Positions 15,462 to 23,383 of a DNA stretch of 46,108 bases are shown here, in pieces. The stretch is from NCBI GenBank assembly GCA_934086255.1, contig CAKOIB010000001.1, forward strand, positions 1 through 46,108. The letters are read 5' to 3'. The number at the start of each line of letters is the position of its first letter. Position 1 is the first letter of the stretch. The position numbers were made by a program, and so were the translations under genes. The notes under the pieces were generated by a model. That model was not told the origin of the DNA, made no database searches, and saw only the letters and a list, made by a program, of their open reading frames with translations. Source of the stretch: an uncultured Bacilli bacterium. GTDB lineage: Bacteria > Bacillota_I > Bacilli_A > RF39 > UBA660.

Positions 15462-17330
15462 ATGGATAATAAGTTTTATTTAGACAAAGAATTAAGAAAC
15501 GCAACAAAGTTTGGATACAAAGGAAAAATATATGAATTAAAAAGTCCAAAAGACATTGGAGAAATACTAATATCTTTAGGAGAAACATCTGCAATTTATA
15601 AGTTTATGGAAGCAAACGATAACAAACAAGTAGTAATTGGCGAATCATACTTTAAAAAAGAAGAAAAAGATTCAAAAATTGAAAACATGAAAGTTTATAA
15701 AAACAATATCAAAAATGCTAAAAAGAATCTAAAACTTAAAATAACAGCAGGAATCTTAACAATGGCAATCGCTGCATCAGCACTTATTGGATGCTCAACT
15801 AGGGAACAAAAAAAAGAGCAACCAGTAACAATGGAAAACTATCAAGAAATGGATTTTGAACAACTACTTGCCCTTTTAAATGAAGGAGTACAAAGAGATT
15901 CATTTGAATTGATGGATGAAGTTCAAGATTATTTTAATAATACTGCAGCGCCAACTATTAAAGTAAAAGCTGATAAAGGTGCACAATTATACTTATTTGC
16001 TGATGAAATAACATCATTATTTACATATGCAAATGCAGATACATATTCAAGAGAAACATTCTATGAAATATTTGGTTCAACATTTGATGATTCTAGAATA
16101 ATTCAAGATTTCGAAAATGCAGGAAGAATATTAAATAATTATTATATAAGAGCAACAAATCCATCTGGTATAGATAAACTATTTCAAAATGAGAAAAATC
16201 AAGAATTATTTGCTAGTTTTGAACAATTAGTATTAAATTACAATAAAAAACCAACAAAAGCAAATAAACAAAAAATTGTTAATAAATTAGATGAAATATA
16301 TTTCAGTGGAAAAATAGATAGTTTAAAAAAGACTTGTCCAGAAGCTGTAGCATTTATAGGAACACATATGACAACAGCACTAGAAGCAAATGGAGTATTA
16401 TCAAAATCATTCGCAGATAAAGTAGTCGAAGCTAATGAAACAGTAGCATGTAACACTATAAAAGAATACGTAAAAGAAGTAGGCGAATATGCACAAGCAA
16501 GAGACTTGGTTACAGCAACAATAGAAAATTATCAAGAAATTAACTTGAGTGATAATCAAGCATTATATTACATTTCAAGTGCAATGGATAACAAAAATAT
16601 TAAAGTAAGTTCAAGAGAAATTAAAAAGATATTAAAAAATAAAAACTTAACAAATAAAGCGGTATTCAAAAAATTAAACATAAAAAATACAAAGTATACT
16701 AAAAAACAAGTTAGTAAAAAAACTGCTATAAAAGAATTCGGTAAAGAAGAAGTTAAAAAAGCAGAACAAGAAGCAGATAAAATGGATCCAATAATAACTA
16801 TTGATAATAAAGATTACTCAATAGATGATGCTAATGAAATTGAAGAAATAACAAGAGAAGCAAAACAATATGGTGTCAACTTTACAAATGATATCTATCA
16901 AGAAATGTATAGAAATAATGGTTCTTTCAATAGTGCTACATATGAAGCTAAATTAACAAATAAAGCAAACAGTTACACAGGTAAATATAAAGAAAAATAT
17001 AAAGTAGCATTATGGCAAGGTTATAGAGAAGCTGTAAGATTAGCAAAAGAACTATACGATAGTGAAAAACAATTTAGAGAAGAAGCAGAAAAAGAAATAA
17101 TTAAAGAGGAAGAAGAAATAGTAACAACTGATAGATACGTACCAAAAGATACAACAGTAGAAAATAATAATAATACAAACAATAATACAAACAACAATAC
17201 AAATAATGATAACAATAATACCAACAATGAAAACTCAACAACTGTAAAAACTGAAACTGTAAGACCGTCTGCTGATAATAATTACACATATGAAGAAGAA
17301 ACAATAGTAGACAGGGTTTATAGTAAATAA
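15462..17330 (+). CDS. Large membrane-anchored orphan protein (about 100 aa cytoplasmic, 1 TM, about 500 aa outside) with Asn/Thr low-complexity tail
   Basis: ATG 15462 follows GAAGGGGGA. TM LKITAGILTMAIAASALIGCS. No domain recognised. C-terminal NNNNTNNNTNNNTNNDNNNTNN tract. Confidence 0.6.
   Translation: MDNKFYLDKELRNATKFGYKGKIYELKSPKDIGEILISLGETSAIYKFMEANDNKQVVIGESYFKKEEKDSKIENMKVYKNNIKNAKKNLKLKITAGILTMAIAASALIGCSTREQKKEQPVTMENYQEMDFEQLLALLNEGVQRDSFELMDEVQDYFNNTAAPTIKVKADKGAQLYLFADEITSLFTYANADTYSRETFYEIFGSTFDDSRIIQDFENAGRILNNYYIRATNPSGIDKLFQNEKNQELFASFEQLVLNYNKKPTKANKQKIVNKLDEIYFSGKIDSLKKTCPEAVAFIGTHMTTALEANGVLSKSFADKVVEANETVACNTIKEYVKEVGEYAQARDLVTATIENYQEINLSDNQALYYISSAMDNKNIKVSSREIKKILKNKNLTNKAVFKKLNIKNTKYTKKQVSKKTAIKEFGKEEVKKAEQEADKMDPIITIDNKDYSIDDANEIEEITREAKQYGVNFTNDIYQEMYRNNGSFNSATYEAKLTNKANSYTGKYKEKYKVALWQGYREAVRLAKELYDSEKQFREEAEKEIIKEEEEIVTTDRYVPKDTTVENNNNTNNNTNNNTNNDNNNTNNENSTTVKTETVRPSADNNYTYEEETIVDRVYSK
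17161..17235 (+). repeat. Imperfect 12-nt in-frame repeat (aataatacaaac-like) encoding the N/T tract
   Basis: gaaaataataataatacaaacaataatacaaacaacaatacaaataatgataacaataatacc, read directly. Confidence 0.7.
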
Positions 17331-17343
17331 GGGGGATTAAATT

Positions 17344-18834
17344 ATGGGATACGAAGTAGATTATAATGAAAATAATAATAACAAACCATTAACACATTAT
17401 ATTAAAAACTTTTTAGTGGGATTTCTATTAATAGTAATATTACTTTTGTTACTAGTATGGATATTCCCAACCAATTCAACAATTCAAAAACTATTAAACA
17501 GTAATAAAGAAGAAACAAATGAGTTTTCAAATTACTTCCAAGAAAACATCAATCTACTAAAAGATGTAGCAGAATCTTACTTTACATTAGAAAGACTTCC
17601 TAAAAACGAAGGAGATAAAGTAAGAATTACACTTGGAGAAATGTTAGAAAAGAAACTTCTAATTAACTTAAGTGATGATAAAGGTAAAATGTGTAGTATT
17701 GATAACACATATGTTGAAGTAACAAAGAAAAAGACAGAATATGAAATGAAGATTTACCTTTCATGTGGTAATGATGAAGACTATGTAATAGTATACTTAG
17801 GATGTTACGATTATTGTTCTAATTACATCTGTGAAAAGAAAACAACAACTAATAAAACATCAAACAAAACTACAACAACTAGTAATAACAAACCAACACC
17901 AACAACAAAGTATTATTGTAAAGTAGTAAAAAATAAATACTATGACAATAAAGGAAATGTTGTGACAAAATCAGCATATGAAAAAGCATGTAAGAACACA
18001 CCACCAACAACAAAACATTATTGTAAAGTAGTAAATAACAAATACTATGACAATAAAGGAAATGTGGTAACAAAAACAGCATATGAAAAAGCATGCAAAA
18101 AATATCAATATTTATATGAAAAGAAAGTTGAAGCAGTATATAGTAATTGGTCAGATTGGTCAAAAGATAAAGAATATGATCCAAACAATAACAATATTGT
18201 CTGGGGAAAACAAGAACTAGTATGGAATGAAAAATATGGTTATGCAGATATAACAAAAAACAAAAAACAATATAGAAATGATACAACAAGACCAATATTT
18301 GGAAAAGAAGAATTAGTTAAGACATCACTAACATCTAAGAGATGGACTTGTAAAAATTATTACTACTATATAAATCAAACAACAGGAAAAACATATAAAG
18401 CAACAGACTGGAAATATCAAGGAAAGGTAACACTTGGATATGTTCCAGAAAATAGTAATACAGTAAAATATGAATATGTTGGATTTGACTTTGATGCCTG
18501 TGCATCTAACTGTACACTAAAACCAATGTATATATTCAAAAAATATACAAGAAGTGCAACAGTATCATCAACATCTAAGAAAACACTTGAAGCAGAATGT
18601 AGCGAATTAGTGGAAAAAGAAGTTCCAATTTATACAACAGTATCAAGAATAATTGGTTATGAACAAAAAACTGTTACAGTAAAAACAACTCAAAGAATAT
18701 ATTATTATCATACAAAAACAAGAACACTTAAATCAAAAGCACAAACTTATAAAGTATGGTCTAACTCATCAAATGATAAAAACTTAATTAAACAAGGATA
18801 CAAGTATACTGGAACAAAACAAGAAATAAAATAA
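17344..18834 (+). CDS. Membrane-anchored Cys-rich orphan protein (496 aa), unknown function
   Basis: SD GGGGGA. ATG lies 13 nt after the upstream stop (operon). TM FLVGFLLIVILLLLLVWIF. Ectodomain has many Cys/Tyr/Lys/Thr residues and a tandem 30-35-aa repeat. Confidence 0.6.
   Translation: MGYEVDYNENNNNKPLTHYIKNFLVGFLLIVILLLLLVWIFPTNSTIQKLLNSNKEETNEFSNYFQENINLLKDVAESYFTLERLPKNEGDKVRITLGEMLEKKLLINLSDDKGKMCSIDNTYVEVTKKKTEYEMKIYLSCGNDEDYVIVYLGCYDYCSNYICEKKTTTNKTSNKTTTTSNNKPTPTTKYYCKVVKNKYYDNKGNVVTKSAYEKACKNTPPTTKHYCKVVNNKYYDNKGNVVTKTAYEKACKKYQYLYEKKVEAVYSNWSDWSKDKEYDPNNNNIVWGKQELVWNEKYGYADITKNKKQYRNDTTRPIFGKEELVKTSLTSKRWTCKNYYYYINQTTGKTYKATDWKYQGKVTLGYVPENSNTVKYEYVGFDFDACASNCTLKPMYIFKKYTRSATVSSTSKKTLEAECSELVEKEVPIYTTVSRIIGYEQKTVTVKTTQRIYYYHTKTRTLKSKAQTYKVWSNSSNDKNLIKQGYKYTGTKQEIK
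17908..18102 (+). repeat. Tandem coding repeat, 2 units (K[YH]YCKVV.NKYYDNKGNVVTK.AYEKACK)
   Basis: Unit 1 at 17908-18012 and unit 2 at 18013-18102, nearly identical at the DNA level (tattgtaaagtagtaaa...tactatgacaataaaggaaatgt...gcatatgaaaaagcatg). Confidence 0.85.
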
Positions 18835-18835
18835 T

Positions 18836-18861
18836 GAGCAATTGAAAAATTGCTCTTTTTC
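18836..18861 (+). terminator. Rho-independent terminator of the two-gene orphan operon
   Basis: gagcaatt (18836-18843) / aattgctc (18848-18855), then tttttc. Confidence 0.7.
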
Positions 18862-18914
18862 TTGCATAAAATACTTAAAAATAGTATTATATATATAAAA
18901 AGATGGAGGTACAT

Positions 18915-19406
18915 ATGAAGAAAACAAACTTATACATTGATTTTGATGGAGTTATATTAGATACAATAAATCCCTTATATCAAAAACTTCAAGAAGACAA
19001 TATTCCCGAAGATAAAATAAAAGATTTTTTTATTAATTATGATTGGACAAAAATAATAAAAGACCAATACATCATAAACGATAGTATAGATTGCATTCAA
19101 AAAATAATTGATAGTAACAAGTTTAATCTTGCTATTTTAACACATGTAAACTCACTACATGAAGCAGAACTAAAAATTAAATATTTAAGAAAATATTTCA
19201 AAGACATAACAATTATACCTTGTCCTAAAGCAATATCAAAAACTAAAATGGTACATACAAAAGATTCCATATTAGTAGACGACTACGCAGGAAACTTAAG
19301 AGAATGGGAAAAAGAAGGTGGAATCCCAGTTAGATTCTCTCAAAAAATGAATGGAAAAGGTTTCAAAGTTGTTGATAAACTAGATCAATTAATAGAAATG
19401 TTCTAA
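18915..19406 (+). CDS. HAD-superfamily hydrolase, 5'(3')-deoxyribonucleotidase-like
   Basis: LYIDFDGVILDT (DxDG HAD motif I), AILTHV and VDDYAGNL. ATG 18915 follows GGAGGT, so the track start 18903 overlaps the SD. Confidence 0.6.
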   Translation: MKKTNLYIDFDGVILDTINPLYQKLQEDNIPEDKIKDFFINYDWTKIIKDQYIINDSIDCIQKIIDSNKFNLAILTHVNSLHEAELKIKYLRKYFKDITIIPCPKAISKTKMVHTKDSILVDDYAGNLREWEKEGGIPVRFSQKMNGKGFKVVDKLDQLIEMF

Positions 19407-19531
19407 TTAAACAGTTTTAAATACAAACATTGCATTGTATATAAAAACATGATATCATAATAGTGAAATAAGAAAACAAAATATATGATAAATGCATATA
19501 CTAAAATATAAACAAATAGCGAGGTAGCAAA

Positions 19532-20800
19532 GTGAAAAAAATAATTATAAATGGAAATAAAAAATTATCTGGTACAATAAGAATAAGTGGTGCAAAAAAT
19601 GCTGCAGTAGCATTAATACCGGCAGCAATTATTTCAGATGAGCCATCAACAATATGTAATATTCCTGAAATATCAGATATAAACTCATTAGAGAGCATAT
19701 TATCCTTTTTAGATGCCAAAACAAAAAGAGCAACAGAATCAATGATAATAGATCCGACAAATATGCAAAACAAATCAATTCCAGAAGAAATATCTAGTAA
19801 ATTAAGAGCTTCATATTACTTTATGGGAGCCCTTTTAACAAAATATAAATATGTTGAAATGAACTTTCCAGGAGGTTGCAAAATAGGATCAAGACCAATA
19901 AACTTTCACCTTGAAGGTTTCAAAAAACTAGGGGCAACAGTTATAGAAAAGGGTGATAAGTACATAATAAAAGCAGAAAAACTAAAAGGTGCAGACATAA
20001 CTTTAGAAAAAGCATCAGTCGGTGCAACAATAAACATAATGTTTGCAGCAATAAAAGCCGAAGGAATAACAACTATAAATAATGCCGCTAAAGAACCTGA
20101 AATAATAAATGTAGCTCAATTCTTAAAAAGCATGGGGGCAAAAATAAGTGGCGAAGGTACAGAAAAAATAACAATCACCGGAGTAGAATACTTGTCAAAA
20201 GGTCAAACTGAAGTAATTCCAGACAGAATTGAAGCAGGAACATATGTAATAATTGGGTCTCTAATTGGAGAAAATCTAAAAATAGATAACATCGTCCCAG
20301 AACATCTAAAAGCATTAACTGATAAACTAAAAGAAGCAAATGCTAACATACAAATTGGAATAGACAATATTATATGCAATAAAAGCGACAATTTAAAAGC
20401 GATTGATATAGTAACATCATATTATCCAGCCTTTCCAACCGATCTTCAACAACCATTTTCAGTATTTACAACGCAATGCGAAGGTCAATCAACAATAAAA
20501 GAAACATTATATGAAAACAGATTTATGCATATTCCATATTTGAATAAGATGGGAGCTAATATAAAAACAGAAAAAGATACTGCAATAATAATAGGAAAAA
20601 CAAAATTAATAGGAACAGATGTAGTAGCAACCGACTTAAGAGCGGGAGCTTCATTAGTAATCGCAGGCTTAATCGCTGAAAATAAAACAACCATATCCGA
20701 AGTAGAACACATTCTAAGAGGATATGAAGGAATAATTGAAAAATTAACAAACGTTGGAGCAGATATCAAAATAGTCGAAGAAATAACTGTTAATAGTTAA
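19532..20800 (+). CDS. murA: UDP-N-acetylglucosamine 1-carboxyvinyltransferase
   Basis: GTG start after GCGAGGTAG. ISGAKNAAVALIPAA, FPGGCKIGSRPINFHL (catalytic Cys), IPDRIEAGTY and DLRAGASLVIAGL. Confidence 0.9.
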   Translation: MKKIIINGNKKLSGTIRISGAKNAAVALIPAAIISDEPSTICNIPEISDINSLESILSFLDAKTKRATESMIIDPTNMQNKSIPEEISSKLRASYYFMGALLTKYKYVEMNFPGGCKIGSRPINFHLEGFKKLGATVIEKGDKYIIKAEKLKGADITLEKASVGATINIMFAAIKAEGITTINNAAKEPEIINVAQFLKSMGAKISGEGTEKITITGVEYLSKGQTEVIPDRIEAGTYVIIGSLIGENLKIDNIVPEHLKALTDKLKEANANIQIGIDNIICNKSDNLKAIDIVTSYYPAFPTDLQQPFSVFTTQCEGQSTIKETLYENRFMHIPYLNKMGANIKTEKDTAIIIGKTKLIGTDVVATDLRAGASLVIAGLIAENKTTISEVEHILRGYEGIIEKLTNVGADIKIVEEITVNS

Positions 20801-20900
20801 AAAAGCAACAAAAATATTGCAATATTCAAAAAAGTTTGATATACTATACAAGAATTAATTATTACTATGACTTAAATGTCATGGCGGAAGGAGATGCAAA

Positions 20901-21101
20901 ATGAAAAAAGTAATTGAAACAAAACCAACTAAATTTATATGTGCATGTGGTGAAACTTTCACTGCAAACTCAACAAAAAAAGAAGACGAAATCCATGTTG
21001 AAATATGTTCTAAATGTCATCCATTCTATACAGGGAAACAAGGAACAGCAACTTTAACAGGTAATGTTGAAAAGTTTAATAAAAAATACAACAGAAAATA
21101 G
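20901..21101 (+). CDS. rpmE: 50S ribosomal protein L31
   Basis: CACGETF...[14 protein letters not shown]...[18 protein letters not shown]. Confidence 0.9.
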   Translation: MKKVIETKPTKFICACGETFTANSTKKEDEIHVEICSKCHPFYTGKQGTATLTGNVEKFNKKYNRK

Positions 21102-21123
21102 TCTCTATTTTCTGATTTTTTTT
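21092..21123 (+). terminator. Rho-independent terminator after rpmE
   Basis: cagaaaata (21092-21100) / tattttctg (21106-21114), then attttttttt. Confidence 0.7.
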
Positions 21124-21131
21124 AAAAACAG

Positions 21132-21160
21132 TTGACAAATAAACTAAATAATGATAAATT
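21132..21160 (+). promoter_or_regulatory. Promoter of the lysS leader (TTGACA-17-TAAATT with TG extension)
   Basis: TTGACA 21132-21137 and TGaTAAATT 21152-21160. Confidence 0.5.
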
Positions 21161-21166
21161 AAATGC

Positions 21167-21377
21167 ATATTTATGAAGCAGGTGCAAAAGCACAATAATT
21201 ATAGCAATGATTCAAAGAGAGCTAAGGGTTGGTGCAACTTAGTAACATTCTATAAGGAACTAAAACTGTGGAGATGGCAAAAGCCCGGTTAATAAACCGT
21301 TATCAATAAGAGATATCAGTTAATGATAAGAAAGGTGGTACCGCGATAAAACGCCCTTTCATCATTAACTTTTTTTT
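21167..21377 (+). promoter_or_regulatory. T-box riboswitch leader (lysine-tRNA responsive) with intrinsic terminator
   Basis: AGAGA bulge (21216-21220), GGTGCAA distal-loop element (21231-21237) and T-box core GGTGGTACCGCG (21334-21345). Terminator ttaatgat..gaaagg (21320-21335) / cctttcatcattaa (21355-21368) plus T7. Candidate specifier is AAA at 21262-21264 (followed by A) or AAG at 21254-21256. Confidence 0.8.
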
Positions 21378-21398
21378 GTAAATAAAAGGAGTGTTAAA

Positions 21399-22880
21399 AT
21401 GAAAGAATTTACAGAACAAGAATTAATAAGAAGACAAAAAGCTGAGGACTTACGTGCTAAAGGAATTGAACCATTTGGTTATCGTATAGATTTAACTAGC
21501 AATTCCAAAGAAATAAAAGAAAAATATGAAGAAATGACAAAAGAAGAACTACACGAAGTAGAAATACCAGTTACAATCGCGGGACGTATAATGACCAAAA
21601 GAGGAAAAGGTAAAGTAGGATTCATGCATATCCAAGATAAATATGGTCAAATTCAAATATACGTAAGAAAAGATGAAATTGGAGACTTTGAATATGAATT
21701 ATTCGATAAAGCAGATATCGGCGACATCGTAGGAATTGAAGGACTAGTGATGAAAACTAATACTGGAGAATTAAGTGTAAAAGCCACAAAATATCATCAT
21801 ATAGTTAAATCACTAAGACCACTACCAGAAAAATATCATGGTCTATCAGACGTAGAAGAAAGATACAGAAGACGTTACGTAGACTTAATAATGAATGAAG
21901 AAGCAAGAAAAATTGCTTTTGCAAGACCAAAAGTAATACGTACAATTCAAAACTTATTAGATACTGAAGGATATGTTGAAGTAGAAACTCCAATACTAGG
22001 AACAATACAAGGAGGAGCAGCAGCAAGACCATTCATTACCCATCATAATGCTTTAGATATTGATATGTATCTTCGTATAGCAACAGAACTACATTTAAAA
22101 AGACTAATTGTCGGAGGAATGGATGCAGTGTATGAAATAGGAAGAATCTTCAGAAACGAAGGAATGGATAGAAACCATAATCCAGAATTCACTACAATCG
22201 AATTATACAAAGCATTCTCTGACATGGAAGGAATGATGGATACAGCAGAAAGAATAATTAAAAAAGTTTTAACGGAAGTACGTGGAGAACTACAATTTGA
22301 ATACAAAGGTCATATGCTTGACTTTGAAAAACCATTTGCACGAGTTCACATGTGCGAAGCAATAAAAAAAGAATGTGGAGTAGACTTCTTTGAAATAACT
22401 GATCTTGAAGAATGCAAAAAACTAGCATTAGAACATGGTATTGAAGTAGAAGATCACTTCCTATACGGACACATAGTCGAAGCATTCTTCGAAAAATATT
22501 GTGAAGACAAAATTATTCAACCAACATTCATCTATGGGCACCCAACAGATATAAGTCCATTATCAAAAAGAAATAGAGAAAATCCATTATTTACAGATAG
22601 ATTTGAACTATTCATAGTAAACACTGAATATGCCAACGCATTTACAGAATTAAACGATCCAATTGATCAAAGAGCAAGATTCGAAGCACAAGTAGAAGAA
22701 CAAAAACTTGGAAATGATGAAGCAAGCGACATGGACGAAGACTTCTGCGAAGCATTAGAATATGGACTTCCACCAACCGGAGGAATGGGAATTGGTATAG
22801 ATAGACTAGTAATGCTAGTAACTGGAGTAGACACAATAAGAGAAGTAATTTTATTCCCACACATGAAAAACAGAGAATAA
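21399..22880 (+). CDS. lysS: Lysyl-tRNA synthetase, class II
   Basis: OB-fold N-domain. FRNEGMDRNHNPEFTTIELY (motif 2 region), ELFIVNTEYANAFTELNDP and GLPPTGGMGIGIDRLVM (motif 3). Confidence 0.95.
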   Translation: MKEFTEQELIRRQKAEDLRAKGIEPFGYRIDLTSNSKEIKEKYEEMTKEELHEVEIPVTIAGRIMTKRGKGKVGFMHIQDKYGQIQIYVRKDEIGDFEYELFDKADIGDIVGIEGLVMKTNTGELSVKATKYHHIVKSLRPLPEKYHGLSDVEERYRRRYVDLIMNEEARKIAFARPKVIRTIQNLLDTEGYVEVETPILGTIQGGAAARPFITHHNALDIDMYLRIATELHLKRLIVGGMDAVYEIGRIFRNEGMDRNHNPEFTTIELYKAFSDMEGMMDTAERIIKKVLTEVRGELQFEYKGHMLDFEKPFARVHMCEAIKKECGVDFFEITDLEECKKLALEHGIEVEDHFLYGHIVEAFFEKYCEDKIIQPTFIYGHPTDISPLSKRNRENPLFTDRFELFIVNTEYANAFTELNDPIDQRARFEAQVEEQKLGNDEASDMDEDFCEALEYGLPPTGGMGIGIDRLVMLVTGVDTIREVILFPHMKNRE

Positions 22881-22897
22881 CAAAAAGGAGAGTAAAC

Positions 22898-23281
22898 ATG
22901 AAAATAGAAGGAATGGCAAAAGTAGCAATAGATGTTGATCCACAAAGCATAGATTTAACACCTATTGAATTAACTAAGAATAACATTGACAAAGTTATAT
23001 ATAATTTATACAAAAGAATAGGTTTGGGAAAATATGTTTTAGAACCTGGCTTAACAGAACAATTATACCTAGACGAAAACGAAGAAGGTATTTATTATCA
23101 AATGCCACACGAAGTAGTATCATACAATGTTGCAAAACCAGCCCCAGTCTTAGTGGCAACAGATGAAAAAACAATAGAATTATTTAAATTGTTAAAACAA
23201 TTAGAAAGTGGATTAAAAAAATATATGGACGATTCAGAAGAATTAGTTGAAACATATAAAATGAAAAAATCAATGAGATAA
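22898..23281 (+). CDS. Hypothetical cytoplasmic protein (127 aa)
   Basis: SD AAAGGAGAG. Starts 17 nt after lysS. No motif recognised. Confidence 0.5.
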   Translation: MKIEGMAKVAIDVDPQSIDLTPIELTKNNIDKVIYNLYKRIGLGKYVLEPGLTEQLYLDENEEGIYYQMPHEVVSYNVAKPAPVLVATDEKTIELFKLLKQLESGLKKYMDDSEELVETYKMKKSMR

Positions 23282-23305
23282 GCACTAAATAAAGTGCTTT
23301 TTTCT
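23281..23305 (+). terminator. Rho-independent terminator
   Basis: agcact (23281-23286) / agtgct (23293-23298), then tttttct. Confidence 0.6.
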
Positions 23306-23383
23306 TTAAAATAGCACTTTTTTACATATTTTACTTTATTTTTTTTGATAAAAGTGTGATAATTGTATTAGGAGGTTAAAAAT

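Noticed and set aside
20860-20900. Small hairpin (catgac ttaaat gtcatg) in the rpmE leader as a riboswitch or autoregulatory element
   Set aside because: It has only a 5-6-bp stem and I recognise no conserved motif. It is noted but not supportable.
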